Below, piece after piece: positions 27,968 to 39,825 of a stretch of DNA of 64,000 nucleotides. A program made the position numbers and the translations under genes. Source of the stretch: an uncultured Planctomycetales bacterium. Its GTDB lineage: Bacteria; Planctomycetota; Phycisphaerae; UBA1845; Fen-1342. Numbering within the stretch: position 1 is the stretch's first letter; every line of letters starts with the position of its first letter. The notes under the pieces are model-generated. The model saw only the letters and a list, made by a program, of their open reading frames with translations, was not told the DNA's origin and ran no database searches. Location of the stretch: positions 85,805 to 149,804 of the forward strand of contig CAZGTH010000013.1 in the NCBI GenBank assembly GCA_964528455.1. Reading direction: 5' to 3'.

Positions 27968-28951
27968 ATGAGGCGGTTGGGGCCGCCCGACCAAGCGGCA
28001 ATGTTGGAGTACGTCGCACCAATTGATCGGCCAATCCGGAGGACTCCGATGCCGGCCAGCGCCTCGATCCGTTGCAGATGCTGGGAAGAGGGAAAGACCA
28101 CGCCGCCTCCAGTGCCCGTGTACTTGGACGCGGACGTCGATTCACTGTCTTGCCGCTTCAATGGGAGCCTGAAGGAGATCGACCGCGCGCAATCGCTCTT
28201 CTCGGAGTGGGAAGAAACTTGTTGCGAACATAAGCGGATGGAGGCGTTCTTTGCAGAGTTCAGCCGAACCCCGCTTGCGGGTTTTTTCGCCGCGTTGGAC
28301 AAGTTCGATCCGCGAAGAAAGCTGTCTCTGCGCCGAGCGGCGCCACGCGACGACCGTCCTGTGCCCCCCGAAGTCTGCGCAAGCGCCCTGATGGAACTCG
28401 ACATGATTGAGCAGGAAACCGACCTCGGTGACAGGTGGGCGGTTGTGAACGCTGAATCCGGCGCCCCCGTCTACACGCACGTTTGTGAGGATTGGGATCA
28501 TCTCAGCGGATTTACTCTGCACACCAACCGGCTCAGTTGGGGCATGTATGTCGGGGCGCGTGTTCGAGAGACGATCGGCGAGTTCGTACTCGCGGTCGGC
28601 GAGGCCGGTCTCACAATTCGTGTCCAGCCATGGAAACACTCGCGGACCCGGTCCCGTGTTCCGGATCGAATGCTCCTCCGGACAATTGATTTCCGCCAGA
28701 TTGTCGACGCCAAACACCTGATCTTTGTGGACGTTCCTTCCGGCGCCCGCGTGCGATTACCCAACGCACGGGCAAGGAATCTCCCATTTCAGGTTCCATG
28801 CTATGCCGACCATCCTGAACCTTCCGATATCCGTTTTCTCGTCGTACGCCGTACGATCGGCGCCAGCGACTTCAAGTACATCATTCAAGACCTCCGAACG
28901 GCATTCGAGGCGTCCGTTCGAATCGGCAATCCCATTATCTGGTCGACATAG
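27968..28951 (+). CDS. Hypothetical protein (Cys-rich N-terminal region, no recognised domain)
   Basis: The 327-aa ORF has lower GC (about 58%) than its surroundings. It lies 10 nt after the ICMT gene. REP-like elements bound it on both sides. Confidence 0.45.
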   Translation: MRRLGPPDQAAMLEYVAPIDRPIRRTPMPASASIRCRCWEEGKTTPPPVPVYLDADVDSLSCRFNGSLKEIDRAQSLFSEWEETCCEHKRMEAFFAEFSRTPLAGFFAALDKFDPRRKLSLRRAAPRDDRPVPPEVCASALMELDMIEQETDLGDRWAVVNAESGAPVYTHVCEDWDHLSGFTLHTNRLSWGMYVGARVRETIGEFVLAVGEAGLTIRVQPWKHSRTRSRVPDRMLLRTIDFRQIVDAKHLIFVDVPSGARVRLPNARARNLPFQVPCYADHPEPSDIRFLVVRRTIGASDFKYIIQDLRTAFEASVRIGNPIIWST

Positions 28952-28961
28952 CGGCTCGCCC

Positions 28962-29039
28962 CTTACGCTGGGCTCCGCCCAGCTTCACTCGGGGCAAAGC
29001 GCTCGCGCGCGCAAGGAAGCGGGCGAGAGCCCAGCCTAC
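28962..29039. repeat. REP-like palindromic element (family 1, degenerate copy)
   Basis: It has the same loop core as 27229..27313 (CTCGGGGCAAAGCGCTCGCGCGCGCAAGGAA). The arms are CTGGGCTCCGCCCAGCTTC and GAAGCGGGCGAGAGCCCAGCCTAC. Confidence 0.55.
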
Positions 29040-29146
29040 CTTTCCGTTGCGGCGTCCCCGTCTCGGCGCGCCGCCCCCAACTTGCACACCGACGCAAACC
29101 GCCCGACACTTCGCGTTCATCGGGAACCCCGCAACAGGAACCGCAG

Positions 29147-30628
29147 TTGTCAGAGTCGCACACCGCCGCCTGTATCGCTCGCGACGTCGCGTCCCAGACG
29201 CGGCGGGCCACCGATCTCTGCGCCGCCGCCCTGACGCGACTCGCCAACCTGAACGACTCGCTCAACGCCGTCCTGGAGGTCACCGCCGAACACGCCCGCG
29301 CCCACGCCGCCGAAGTCGACGCCGTCGCCCAGAACAAGGCCCATGGCCCGCTCGCCGGCGTTCCGGTCCTCGTCAAGGACAACATCTGCACGGCGTTCGG
29401 CCGCACCACCTGCGCCTCGCGCCTGCTGGAGCACTACGAATCTCCCTATGCCGCGACCGCCGTCGAGCGCCTGGAATCGGCCGGGGCGGTCATCATCGGC
29501 AAGACCAATCTCGACGAGTTCGCGATGGGGTCATCCAACGAGAACAGCGCCTTCGGCCCCGTCCGCAATCCGTGGGACCCGGCCCGCGTGACCGGCGGAT
29601 CGTCCGGCGGATCAGCCGCCGCCGTCGCCGCGGGGATCACGCCACTGGCGCTGGGCTCCGACACCGGCGGATCGATCCGCCAGCCGGCCGCGTTCTGCGG
29701 CGTCGTAGGGCTCAAGCCGACGTATGGCCGCGTTTCGCGTTATGGACTTGCGGCCTACGGATCGAGCCTCGATCAGATCGGCCCGATCGCGACGACGGTG
29801 ACCGACGCCGCGCTTGTGCTGGGCGTCATCGCCGGGCACGACCCGCACGACTCGACCAGCGCCACCCGCCCGGTCGTCGATTACTTCGCGGCCGTGGCCG
29901 CCGATGAGATTCGCGACGCCGACAAGCTGCGCATCGGCGCGCCGCGCGAATTCTTCGGCGAGGGTCTCGACGCGGAGATCGCCGCCGCGGTGCGCGAAGC
30001 GATCGAACGCTATCGCGACCTCGGCGCCAGGGTCATCGACATTTCGCTGCCGCATGTCGGCTACAGCGTTGCGGCGTACTACCTGATCGCGACCGCCGAG
30101 GCGTCAAGCAATCTCGCCCGCTATGACGGCGTCCGCTATGGCCGGCGCGCCGCGGACGCGACCGACATTCTCGATCTCTACAGCCGCTCGCGCGAAGAGG
30201 GCTTTGGCCCCGAAGTGCAGCGACGCCTGATGCTCGGCGCCTATGCGCTCTCCAGCGGCTACTACGACGCGTACTACGACAAGGCCTTGCGCGTCCGGCG
30301 TCTGATTCAGCAGGACTTCACGGCCGCGTTTGAACAGGTCGATGTGATCATCGGCCCGACCACGCCCGCCCCCGCCTTCCTGCTGGGCGAGAAAACCGAC
30401 GATCCGCTCTCGATGTACCTGGCCGACATCTACACGGTCCCCGCCAATCTGGCCGGCGTTCCGGCGATCTCGCTGCCTTGCGGTTTCACCGCCGCCGGCC
30501 TGCCGATCGGCCTGCAACTGCACGGCAGGCCGTTCGACGAAGCCGGCCTGCTGGCCGCGGCCCGGATTTACGAGCGGGAAACCGACTGGCGCTCCCGCCG
30601 GCCGCCGCTATTTGCCGATAAGCGCTGA
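29147..30628 (+). CDS. gatA: Glutamyl-tRNA(Gln) amidotransferase subunit A
   Basis: The amidase signature is [27 protein letters not shown]...[14 protein letters not shown]. Confidence 0.9.
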   Translation: MSESHTAACIARDVASQTRRATDLCAAALTRLANLNDSLNAVLEVTAEHARAHAAEVDAVAQNKAHGPLAGVPVLVKDNICTAFGRTTCASRLLEHYESPYAATAVERLESAGAVIIGKTNLDEFAMGSSNENSAFGPVRNPWDPARVTGGSSGGSAAAVAAGITPLALGSDTGGSIRQPAAFCGVVGLKPTYGRVSRYGLAAYGSSLDQIGPIATTVTDAALVLGVIAGHDPHDSTSATRPVVDYFAAVAADEIRDADKLRIGAPREFFGEGLDAEIAAAVREAIERYRDLGARVIDISLPHVGYSVAAYYLIATAEASSNLARYDGVRYGRRAADATDILDLYSRSREEGFGPEVQRRLMLGAYALSSGYYDAYYDKALRVRRLIQQDFTAAFEQVDVIIGPTTPAPAFLLGEKTDDPLSMYLADIYTVPANLAGVPAISLPCGFTAAGLPIGLQLHGRPFDEAGLLAAARIYERETDWRSRRPPLFADKR

Positions 30629-30638
30629 AGGACTTCCC

Positions 30639-33234
<2,596 letters not shown>

Positions 33235-33324
33235 TCCGCCACGCCCGTACCATACGATCCAGCGGCAACAGGGCCCATCCCACGGCGGGTGGGCCTTGTC
33301 GCTACAGGCCCATTGGGCAGATAA

Positions 33325-34575
33325 ATGGCCAAAGTCTCTGTTCGCGATCTCGATGTCGCCGGCAAGCGGGTCCTGATCCGCGCCGACCTGAATGTCCCGT
33401 TCGATTCCAACGGTCGGATTTCCGACGACCGGCGGATTACCCAGTTTCTCCCCACCCTGCAAAACGTCATTGAGCGCGGCGGCGCCGCCATCGTCATGAG
33501 CCATCTCGGCCGCCCCACCGGCGACCCGGCCCAGGACGCCTCACTCAGCCTGAAGCCCGTGGCGCAGCGCATCGGTGAACTCACCGGCAAGAAGTGCGGT
33601 TTCGCGACGGACTGCGTCGGCGCCGAAGCCGAGCAGGCGGTCGCGAGTCTCAAGAAGTGCCAGACGCTGCTCCTGGAGAACCTGCGTTTCCACAAGGCCG
33701 AGACCATCGTCGACAAGGCCAAGAAGAACTCCGACGGCAAGCTGACGCCGGAGCAGGAAGCGACGCGGCAGAAATTCGCGAATGCCCTGGCGTCTCTGGG
33801 CGAGTTGTACGTCAATGACGCCTTCGGCGCCTGTCATCGCGAACACGTCAGCATGTACGACGTGCCGGTGATCCTCGGCCCCGGCCGCCGCGCGATCGGC
33901 TTTCTCGTGGAAAAAGAACTCCGTTACCTGCGCAGCGCGTTGGAGAATCCGCAGCGCCCCTTCGTCGCCGTTCTGGGCGGAGCGAAAGTCAGCGACAAGA
34001 TCGGCGTCATCCGCAACCTGATTCCGCGCGTCGACCAGATTCTGATCGGCGGCGCGATGACATTTACGTTCTGGGCCGCCAAGGGCTGGGCGGTCGGGCG
34101 CAGCCTGTGCGAACAGGACAAGGTCGACCTCGCGAAAGAGCTGATCGCCGAGGCCGGCGACAAGCTGATCCTGCCGATGGATTCGGTCGCCACCGACGAG
34201 CTTTATGCCGGCGCGAGTCCGAAGGTCGTGCGCGGCGAACTACCGCCGGACCTGATGGGCGTCGATATCGGCCCGGATACCGTCGCGGTCTTTTCGAAGA
34301 TTCTGCGCAACGCGCGCACGATTATCTGGAATGGCCCGGTCGGCGCATTTGAATTCGCCCCGTTCGACGCCGGCACCAACGCCATCGCCAAGGTGATCGC
34401 CGAAGCGACCGACGCCGGCGCGACGTCGATCATCGGCGGCGGCGACAGCGCGGCCGCGGTGGAAAAGGCCCACCTGTCGGATCGGATGACGCACATCAGC
34501 ACCGGCGGCGGCGCGTCGCTGAGCTTCCTCGAAGGCGCGGCGTTTGAGACGATCGACATCATTGACGACAAGTAG
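33325..34575 (+). CDS. pgk: Phosphoglycerate kinase
   Basis: Motifs RADLNVP and MSHLGRP and overall PGK colinearity are visible. The protein is 416 aa. Confidence 0.9.
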   Translation: MAKVSVRDLDVAGKRVLIRADLNVPFDSNGRISDDRRITQFLPTLQNVIERGGAAIVMSHLGRPTGDPAQDASLSLKPVAQRIGELTGKKCGFATDCVGAEAEQAVASLKKCQTLLLENLRFHKAETIVDKAKKNSDGKLTPEQEATRQKFANALASLGELYVNDAFGACHREHVSMYDVPVILGPGRRAIGFLVEKELRYLRSALENPQRPFVAVLGGAKVSDKIGVIRNLIPRVDQILIGGAMTFTFWAAKGWAVGRSLCEQDKVDLAKELIAEAGDKLILPMDSVATDELYAGASPKVVRGELPPDLMGVDIGPDTVAVFSKILRNARTIIWNGPVGAFEFAPFDAGTNAIAKVIAEATDAGATSIIGGGDSAAAVEKAHLSDRMTHISTGGGASLSFLEGAAFETIDIIDDK

Positions 34576-34579
34576 ACGA

Positions 34580-35260
34580 ATGCCAAAAACCGAAACCGAC
34601 ATTCGCATCGCACCATCGATCCTGGCCGCTGATTTCGCGCGACTGGGCGACGCGATCGCCGCCGTCGAGCAGGCCGGCGCCGATCAGCTCCATCTCGACA
34701 TCATGGATGGGCACTTCGTCCCGAATCTCTCGTTTGGCGTGCCGGTCGTTGAGTCCATCTCGCGCTCTACGGAGATGTTCCTTGATACGCATCTGATGAT
34801 CGCCGACCCGCTGCGCTACGCGCCCGCGTTCGCCGCGGCCGGCTCCGATCTGATCACGTTTCATATCGAGGTCGTCGACCACCCGCGCGACGCCGTGAAG
34901 GCGATTCGTGATCTCGGCGTCAAAGTCGGCGTCGCGCTGAACCCCGGCACACCTGCCGAGGCCGTGTTCGGTCTGGAAGAACTGGTTGACCTTGTGCTGG
35001 TTATGACGGTCTGGCCCGGCTTTGGCGGGCAGCAATTCATGGCGGACACCCTGCCGAAGATCGAGTTGATCGCCCCGCGCCTCGCGCCCCATCAGTGGCT
35101 CGAAGTCGACGGGGGAATCACGCCGGAAACGGCGGGCGGCGTGGTCGCCGCCGGCGCCAACACGCTCGTCGCCGGCAGCGCCGTGTTCAATGGCGATCCG
35201 TCCGTCAGCATCAGCCGGTTGCGGGAAGCCGCCCAGGCGGCGGCGAGGGGAAAGCCATGA
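34580..35260 (+). CDS. rpe: Ribulose-phosphate 3-epimerase
   Basis: Motifs PSILAADF, HLDIMDGHFVPN, and MTVWPGFGGQ are visible. The start is chosen at MPKTETD. Confidence 0.85.
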   Translation: MPKTETDIRIAPSILAADFARLGDAIAAVEQAGADQLHLDIMDGHFVPNLSFGVPVVESISRSTEMFLDTHLMIADPLRYAPAFAAAGSDLITFHIEVVDHPRDAVKAIRDLGVKVGVALNPGTPAEAVFGLEELVDLVLVMTVWPGFGGQQFMADTLPKIELIAPRLAPHQWLEVDGGITPETAGGVVAAGANTLVAGSAVFNGDPSVSISRLREAAQAAARGKP

Positions 35261-35829
35261 GCGTCGCGCTCATACCGTGTTTGAACTGTGTCTGGACGCG
35301 CGGTGGACGGCTGCTCGGCCAGGTGGAAGTCGCCCCCGACGACGGCGCCGACGAAATCGCCGCCTGGGTTTCGACGCTTGGCCCCCTGGCGCTGGATACA
35401 ATCCTCCATAGTCCGGACGAGCTTGCCGAGCGTACGGCGCAGCGGCTGGCGTCCGAATTGGGCGCCAGAACAAAGGCCGTGCAGGACTTCAGTGAAGTCG
35501 ACCTTGGGCTGTGGGCGGGGCTGACACTGGACGAAGTGCGCACAAGATTTGCGACCGCGATCCGCCAGCTCGACGACGCGCCGCTGAGCGTCACGCCGCC
35601 CGACGGCGAGAAGTTCAGCGATGCCTTAACGCGGCTCAGCAAGGCGCTGCGAGCGCAGATCGCCAAGCGCGACGGCGGCGTCGGCATTGTGCTGCGACCG
35701 ATGGCGCTGGCCTTGGCGGCCCACGCGCTCAGTGGCGATCCGCTGATGGGACTACTGGAAGAGGCGCGGAATGTTCGCGCGCCGATGGTCGTCGCGCCCC
35801 GCGCGGACGCCGTCGCCGACCCCGCCTGA
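35257..35829 (+). CDS. Histidine-phosphatase-fold protein with a degenerate catalytic motif
   Basis: The ATGA overlap with rpe implies translational coupling. The fold pattern is present (ILHSPDELAERTAQ...GLWAGLT...PPDGEKF). The N-terminal RHG is replaced by PCL (LIPCLNCVW). Confidence 0.5.
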   Translation: MSVALIPCLNCVWTRGGRLLGQVEVAPDDGADEIAAWVSTLGPLALDTILHSPDELAERTAQRLASELGARTKAVQDFSEVDLGLWAGLTLDEVRTRFATAIRQLDDAPLSVTPPDGEKFSDALTRLSKALRAQIAKRDGGVGIVLRPMALALAAHALSGDPLMGLLEEARNVRAPMVVAPRADAVADPA

Positions 35830-35858
35830 CCCCGGCGTCAGGCGCAGGAGAGATACGC

Positions 35859-36698
35859 ATGGCTGAATCACCGGATACGCCCGCCGCCGCCGCCCCGCGT
35901 CGCCGCATGGAGGTCCCGCAGGGGCTGTGGATTCGCTGCGTCGGTTGCAGCGCCATGATCTACCGCCGCATTCTGGAAGAAGAACTGCACGTCTGCCCCG
36001 AGTGCGACCATCACTATCGCGTCGACGCCCGCACGCGCATCCGCCAGCTCAATGACGCCGACACGTTCGAAGAGTTCCTGCCCCATCTGGAGTCCACCAA
36101 CCCGCTCGAATTCACGGACCGCATCCCGTACCCCGATCGGCTGCGCGAAACAAAAGCGCAATCCGGGGAACCGGAGGCGATCGTCGTCGGCAAGGGTTTT
36201 ATCAAGGGTCGCCCCGTCATCATGGGCGTAATGAACCCGACGTTCATCATGGGATCAATGGGCTCGGTCGTCGGTGAAAAAGTCACCGCCGCCGCCGAGC
36301 GCGCCGCCAAGGATGGACTCCCGTTCATCATGGTCACATGCAGCGGCGGCGCCCGCATGATGGAGGGCATGGTCTCGCTGGTCCAGATGGCCAAGACCTC
36401 GGCCGCGATCAAAAAACTGAATGACGCCGGCGGACTATATGTCGTCGTCATGACCGACCCGACCACCGCCGGCGTCGCGGCGAGTTTCGCCTTTCTCGGC
36501 GATGTCACGCTTGCCGAGCCCGGCGCGCTGATCGGCTTCGCCGGCCCGCGCGTCATCGCCAACACAATTCGCGCGACATTGCCGGAAGGCTTTCAGCGGG
36601 CGGAATTCATGCTGGAGCGCGGCTACATCGACCGCATCGTGCACCGCCGCGACCTGCGCAGCGAACTGGCCCGCATTATCGACTACTGCAACCAGTAA
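35859..36698 (+). CDS. accD: Acetyl-CoA carboxylase carboxyltransferase subunit beta
   Basis: An N-terminal zinc ribbon CVGC...CPEC is followed by a carboxyltransferase domain (GSMGSVVGEK, GGARMMEG). The track ORF starts 348 nt upstream, which I rejected. Confidence 0.85.
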   Translation: MAESPDTPAAAAPRRRMEVPQGLWIRCVGCSAMIYRRILEEELHVCPECDHHYRVDARTRIRQLNDADTFEEFLPHLESTNPLEFTDRIPYPDRLRETKAQSGEPEAIVVGKGFIKGRPVIMGVMNPTFIMGSMGSVVGEKVTAAAERAAKDGLPFIMVTCSGGARMMEGMVSLVQMAKTSAAIKKLNDAGGLYVVVMTDPTTAGVAASFAFLGDVTLAEPGALIGFAGPRVIANTIRATLPEGFQRAEFMLERGYIDRIVHRRDLRSELARIIDYCNQ

Positions 36699-36701
36699 TC
36701 C

Positions 36702-37076
36702 GTGCCCGCGCTGACGCTAGCCGCCTGGTCGCTGGAGAAGATCAGCCATCCGCTGGTGATCTTCGGCCTGATCGGCCAATGCGTATTCATGATGCGCTTC
36801 GTCGTGCAGTGGTTCGCCTCCGAGCGCCGCGGCCGCAGCCACGTCCCGATCGCCTTCTGGTATCTCAGCGTCGCCGGCGCACTGATGCTGCTGACCTACG
36901 CCATCCTCGATGAAGACCCCGTGATTCTGCTGGGACAATCGCTGGGAATGGTGATTTACCTGAGGAACTTGTGGCTGATCTACCGACGCCGCTGGCAGGC
37001 GAAGCGGATCATCAACGCGCGAAATGGCGAACGGACCGAGCCGGTACTGCTGGACGCGGCGTCCGAATCAGACTGA
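36702..37076 (+). CDS. Lipid-A-biosynthesis N-terminal (LAB_N) domain membrane protein
   Basis: The motif FGLIGQCVFMMRFVVQWFASER and 3 TM helices are present. The protein is 124 aa. Confidence 0.6.
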   Translation: MPALTLAAWSLEKISHPLVIFGLIGQCVFMMRFVVQWFASERRGRSHVPIAFWYLSVAGALMLLTYAILDEDPVILLGQSLGMVIYLRNLWLIYRRRWQAKRIINARNGERTEPVLLDAASESD

Positions 37077-37143
37077 CGGCCGCGCCTCAAACCGCAAGAC
37101 CAGTCCAGGGGAAAGCGGCCTCCCCGGCCGCGCCAAACGCCAC

Positions 37144-38226
37144 CTAGGGCGCATCAGCCGGTGCAGCCGTCACAATGATCGATCGCGGAATCTCGGTCCT
37201 CGCCATCCAAGTCGCCCCTTTGGGCAGCATTGGCTCGCCGGCGTCGTTCCAATCGACTGACGACCGGACTGACAACGGAGAATCTTCAATCACCGGCCAA
37301 AACCGCACCATCAACGTGTATTCTCCCGGCGCATCGAAGACCAACGTGCGCGCGATCGTGGGCGAATTCGTACAGTGGTCGGCGCGCCCAACCGGCGGAT
37401 AGCCGCCAACGGACACGCCGCCGAAGATCACCTCCGGCAAAAACAACGCGTGTCTCACGCGCTTCAGGATGACAACGAACGGCTCGCCCACCGCCACACG
37501 ATCTGGCGCGATCACTTCAAACTCAACCAAGGCGCTGGTCAGTTCGTCCATCTGCGCGTCGGAGACACGGCCCAGGCGGCGCTCGAACAAAACCCACTTG
37601 ACGACGTCGTGATAGTATCCCCGCGAAGCAGTGCGCACGCGCGCGCCGAGCTTGGCAATCAAGTCAGACATCTCGGAATCGCTCAGCCCACGGCGCGAAA
37701 GTTCATCCCAGACCTCAGAACGCCCCGGCATGAACTCAGAGATTGCATTTCGAACCAGTATCGAGGTGGGTAGAGCGCGCTGAAGAACCGTCGGCCGCCG
37801 GGCGATCGCGATCGCGCCCAGACCACCCGCCAACAGGCACGTCACGCCGACGACAAACATCCACCCTTTACCCGCGCGACGCGTGCGCGCCGTTCCGCCG
37901 CCCCGCTTCCAGTACGCGCCGCACTCAGGACAGCGCTTCGGGTCGCCCCGTCCGCGCGGCGAGCGGCGATAGCCGCACTCGGCACACGCGCGCTCGGTCC
38001 CATCACGGACGTTCCAGCGGAAGAGCAGATACGCCCCCGCCATCATCGGCGCCGCCACGACCAGGAATCCCAGCCATTGGCTGGCGTCGACGCGAAGCAG
38101 CAATATGACAAGCCAGATGCCGACACCGCCCAACGCCACGAGCGACACGGCAAGGGAAGCCACCGCGGGGAACGCCCTTGGCCGCGCCAGGAAACGCCAG
38201 AGCGCGTTGTCGAAGTCATTGCCCAT
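37144..38226 (-). CDS. Hypothetical membrane protein with an internal zinc-ribbon
   Basis: TM helices at the N-terminus and in the middle flank CAECGY...CPECG. I recognise no known family. Confidence 0.45.
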   Translation of the reverse strand: MGNDFDNALWRFLARPRAFPAVASLAVSLVALGGVGIWLVILLLRVDASQWLGFLVVAAPMMAGAYLLFRWNVRDGTERACAECGYRRSPRGRGDPKRCPECGAYWKRGGGTARTRRAGKGWMFVVGVTCLLAGGLGAIAIARRPTVLQRALPTSILVRNAISEFMPGRSEVWDELSRRGLSDSEMSDLIAKLGARVRTASRGYYHDVVKWVLFERRLGRVSDAQMDELTSALVEFEVIAPDRVAVGEPFVVILKRVRHALFLPEVIFGGVSVGGYPPVGRADHCTNSPTIARTLVFDAPGEYTLMVRFWPVIEDSPLSVRSSVDWNDAGEPMLPKGATWMARTEIPRSIIVTAAPADAP

Positions 38227-38248
38227 CGGCGCCCCAACGCTCGGTGTG

Positions 38249-39127
38249 CTACCCCATCATCCCCTCATACGCCCGAATCATCGCCTGCGTCCCCAGGTCG
38301 CCCCCGCCCGCGCCCGATTCCACCGCCCGGAACAACTGCTGCGCCAGCGCCGTCCCCGGCAGCGGCACACCGTTTTCCTGGGCCGTCTCCTGCACGATGC
38401 GCAGGTCCTTCTGCATCAGACGGATCATGAACGCCGGATTGAGTTCGCCGTCGACGATTTTCTTCCCGAGCGTGCTCCAGGCCCACGAGCCGCCCGCCCC
38501 GCCGCCAAGCGTTTCGATCGCCGTCGCCGGATCCACGCCGCTGCGCCGCGCCAGCATGATCGCTTCACAAACGCCGATCATGTTCACCGCGCACAGAATC
38601 TGGTTGCAGGCCTTGAGCGCCTGCCCCGCCCCGCTCGGGCCGACATGCCTGATCGTGCGCCCCAGCACGCGCAGCAGCGGCTCGACCCGCGCAAACGCGT
38701 CCGCGTCGCCGCCGACCATGATCGTCAGCGTCGCTTTTTGCGCGCCGACCTCGCCGCCGGTGACGGGCGCGTCGAGCAGCGCCACTTGCTGTCCCGCGAG
38801 TTTGGCCGCGAAATCACGCGCCGCGGCCGGAGAAATGGTGGAACAGTCCACAACGACACTGCCCGGCCGGATCGTTTCCGCGACGCCCCCGTCGCCGAAC
38901 AGCGCCCGCTCCACATCCGGCGTATCGGTCACGCATAGAAAGACGACATCACAATCCGCCGCCAGCGCCGCCGGCGTCGCGCGCCATTCGGCCCCGGCGG
39001 CGAGCAGCGCGTCCGCCTTCGCCCGGCTGCGCGTATGCGCCGCCACCGCGTGGCCGGCCTTCAGCAGGTGCCCCGCCATCGGCCGGCCCATGATGCCCAG
39101 GCCGATGAAGCCGACCCGCGATGTCAT
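38249..39127 (-). CDS. NAD(P)-binding 3-hydroxyisobutyrate dehydrogenase / 2-hydroxy-3-oxopropionate reductase family protein
   Basis: The Rossmann motif VGFIGLGIMG is present. 6PGDH-like family motifs follow. It overlaps the infC stop by 4 nt. Confidence 0.8.
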   Translation of the reverse strand: MTSRVGFIGLGIMGRPMAGHLLKAGHAVAAHTRSRAKADALLAAGAEWRATPAALAADCDVVFLCVTDTPDVERALFGDGGVAETIRPGSVVVDCSTISPAAARDFAAKLAGQQVALLDAPVTGGEVGAQKATLTIMVGGDADAFARVEPLLRVLGRTIRHVGPSGAGQALKACNQILCAVNMIGVCEAIMLARRSGVDPATAIETLGGGAGGSWAWSTLGKKIVDGELNPAFMIRLMQKDLRIVQETAQENGVPLPGTALAQQLFRAVESGAGGGDLGTQAMIRAYEGMMG

Positions 39128-39789
39128 TCCGGCGACGACTCTTGCTGCGTGGACTTCACATCCACATCGCCGTGATCATCGCCATCGTCATGATCGTCAT
39201 CATCATCGTCATGACCCTCGACTTCCGCTTCGGTCGGGATCGCGTTCGGCGTCTCGGCCATCAGCTTGTCAAAGGCCTTCTTCTGCGGCGACAGGATCAT
39301 CAGCATGTCGCGGCCGTCCATCGCCGGCGAGCGCTCGACCTTCACCAGGTCGCCGAAGTGCTCGACGATTTCGAGCAGCTGAGACGCGGCGAGTTCGCGG
39401 TGGGCGCGTTCGCGCCCGCGGAACTTCACGCGGAACTGCACCTTGTCGCCTTTGGAAAGGAACCGCAGCGCCTTCTTGCGCTTGATCTCGCGGTCATTGT
39501 CGTCCGTCTTCGGACGCAGGCGCACTTCCTTCAATTGCTGCTCATGATGTTTCTTGACGTTCTTTTTCTGCTGATACTTGAACTTGCCGTAGTCCATGAT
39601 GCGGCAGACGGGCGGGCGATCGTTCGGCGCCACTTCGACCAGGTCGAGATCTCGCTCGCGCGCCATCCGCTTGGCTTCCTGCGTGTCCACAACGCCGTGC
39701 TGTTGCCCCTGATCGTCGATCAGCCGCACGCGCGGCACACGAATCTGGTCGTTTGCTCTGAAACTTGGTGCTGATGTGTGTTTCGCCAT
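39124..39789 (-). CDS. infC: Translation initiation factor IF-3 with an unusual Asp/His-rich C-terminal tail
   Basis: IF-3 N- and C-terminal domains are recognisable (VRLIDDQGQQHGVV, VCRIMDYGKFKYQQ). The tail is EVEGHDDDDDDHDDGDDHGDVD. Confidence 0.85.
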   Translation of the reverse strand: MAKHTSAPSFRANDQIRVPRVRLIDDQGQQHGVVDTQEAKRMARERDLDLVEVAPNDRPPVCRIMDYGKFKYQQKKNVKKHHEQQLKEVRLRPKTDDNDREIKRKKALRFLSKGDKVQFRVKFRGRERAHRELAASQLLEIVEHFGDLVKVERSPAMDGRDMLMILSPQKKAFDKLMAETPNAIPTEAEVEGHDDDDDDHDDGDDHGDVDVKSTQQESSPE

Positions 39790-39825
39790 ACGCTCCCGTC
39801 TTTTGCGTGTGTCGCCAAGCGCCCC

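Noticed and set aside
33271-33300. Hairpin after gap (GGCCCATCCCACGGCGGGTGGGCC) as a terminator.
   Set aside because: The stem is imperfect and no T-tract follows. I mention it here only.
35511-35858. The 5' extension of the accD ORF. Similar extensions appear on pyk (30612), gap (32107), rpe (34544), thrS (to 42078), the esterase (to 54024), the lipase (to 7082) and the eIF2B-like gene (to 49589).
   Set aside because: The extended regions overlap upstream genes or are low-complexity. Internal ATGs restore canonical N-termini.
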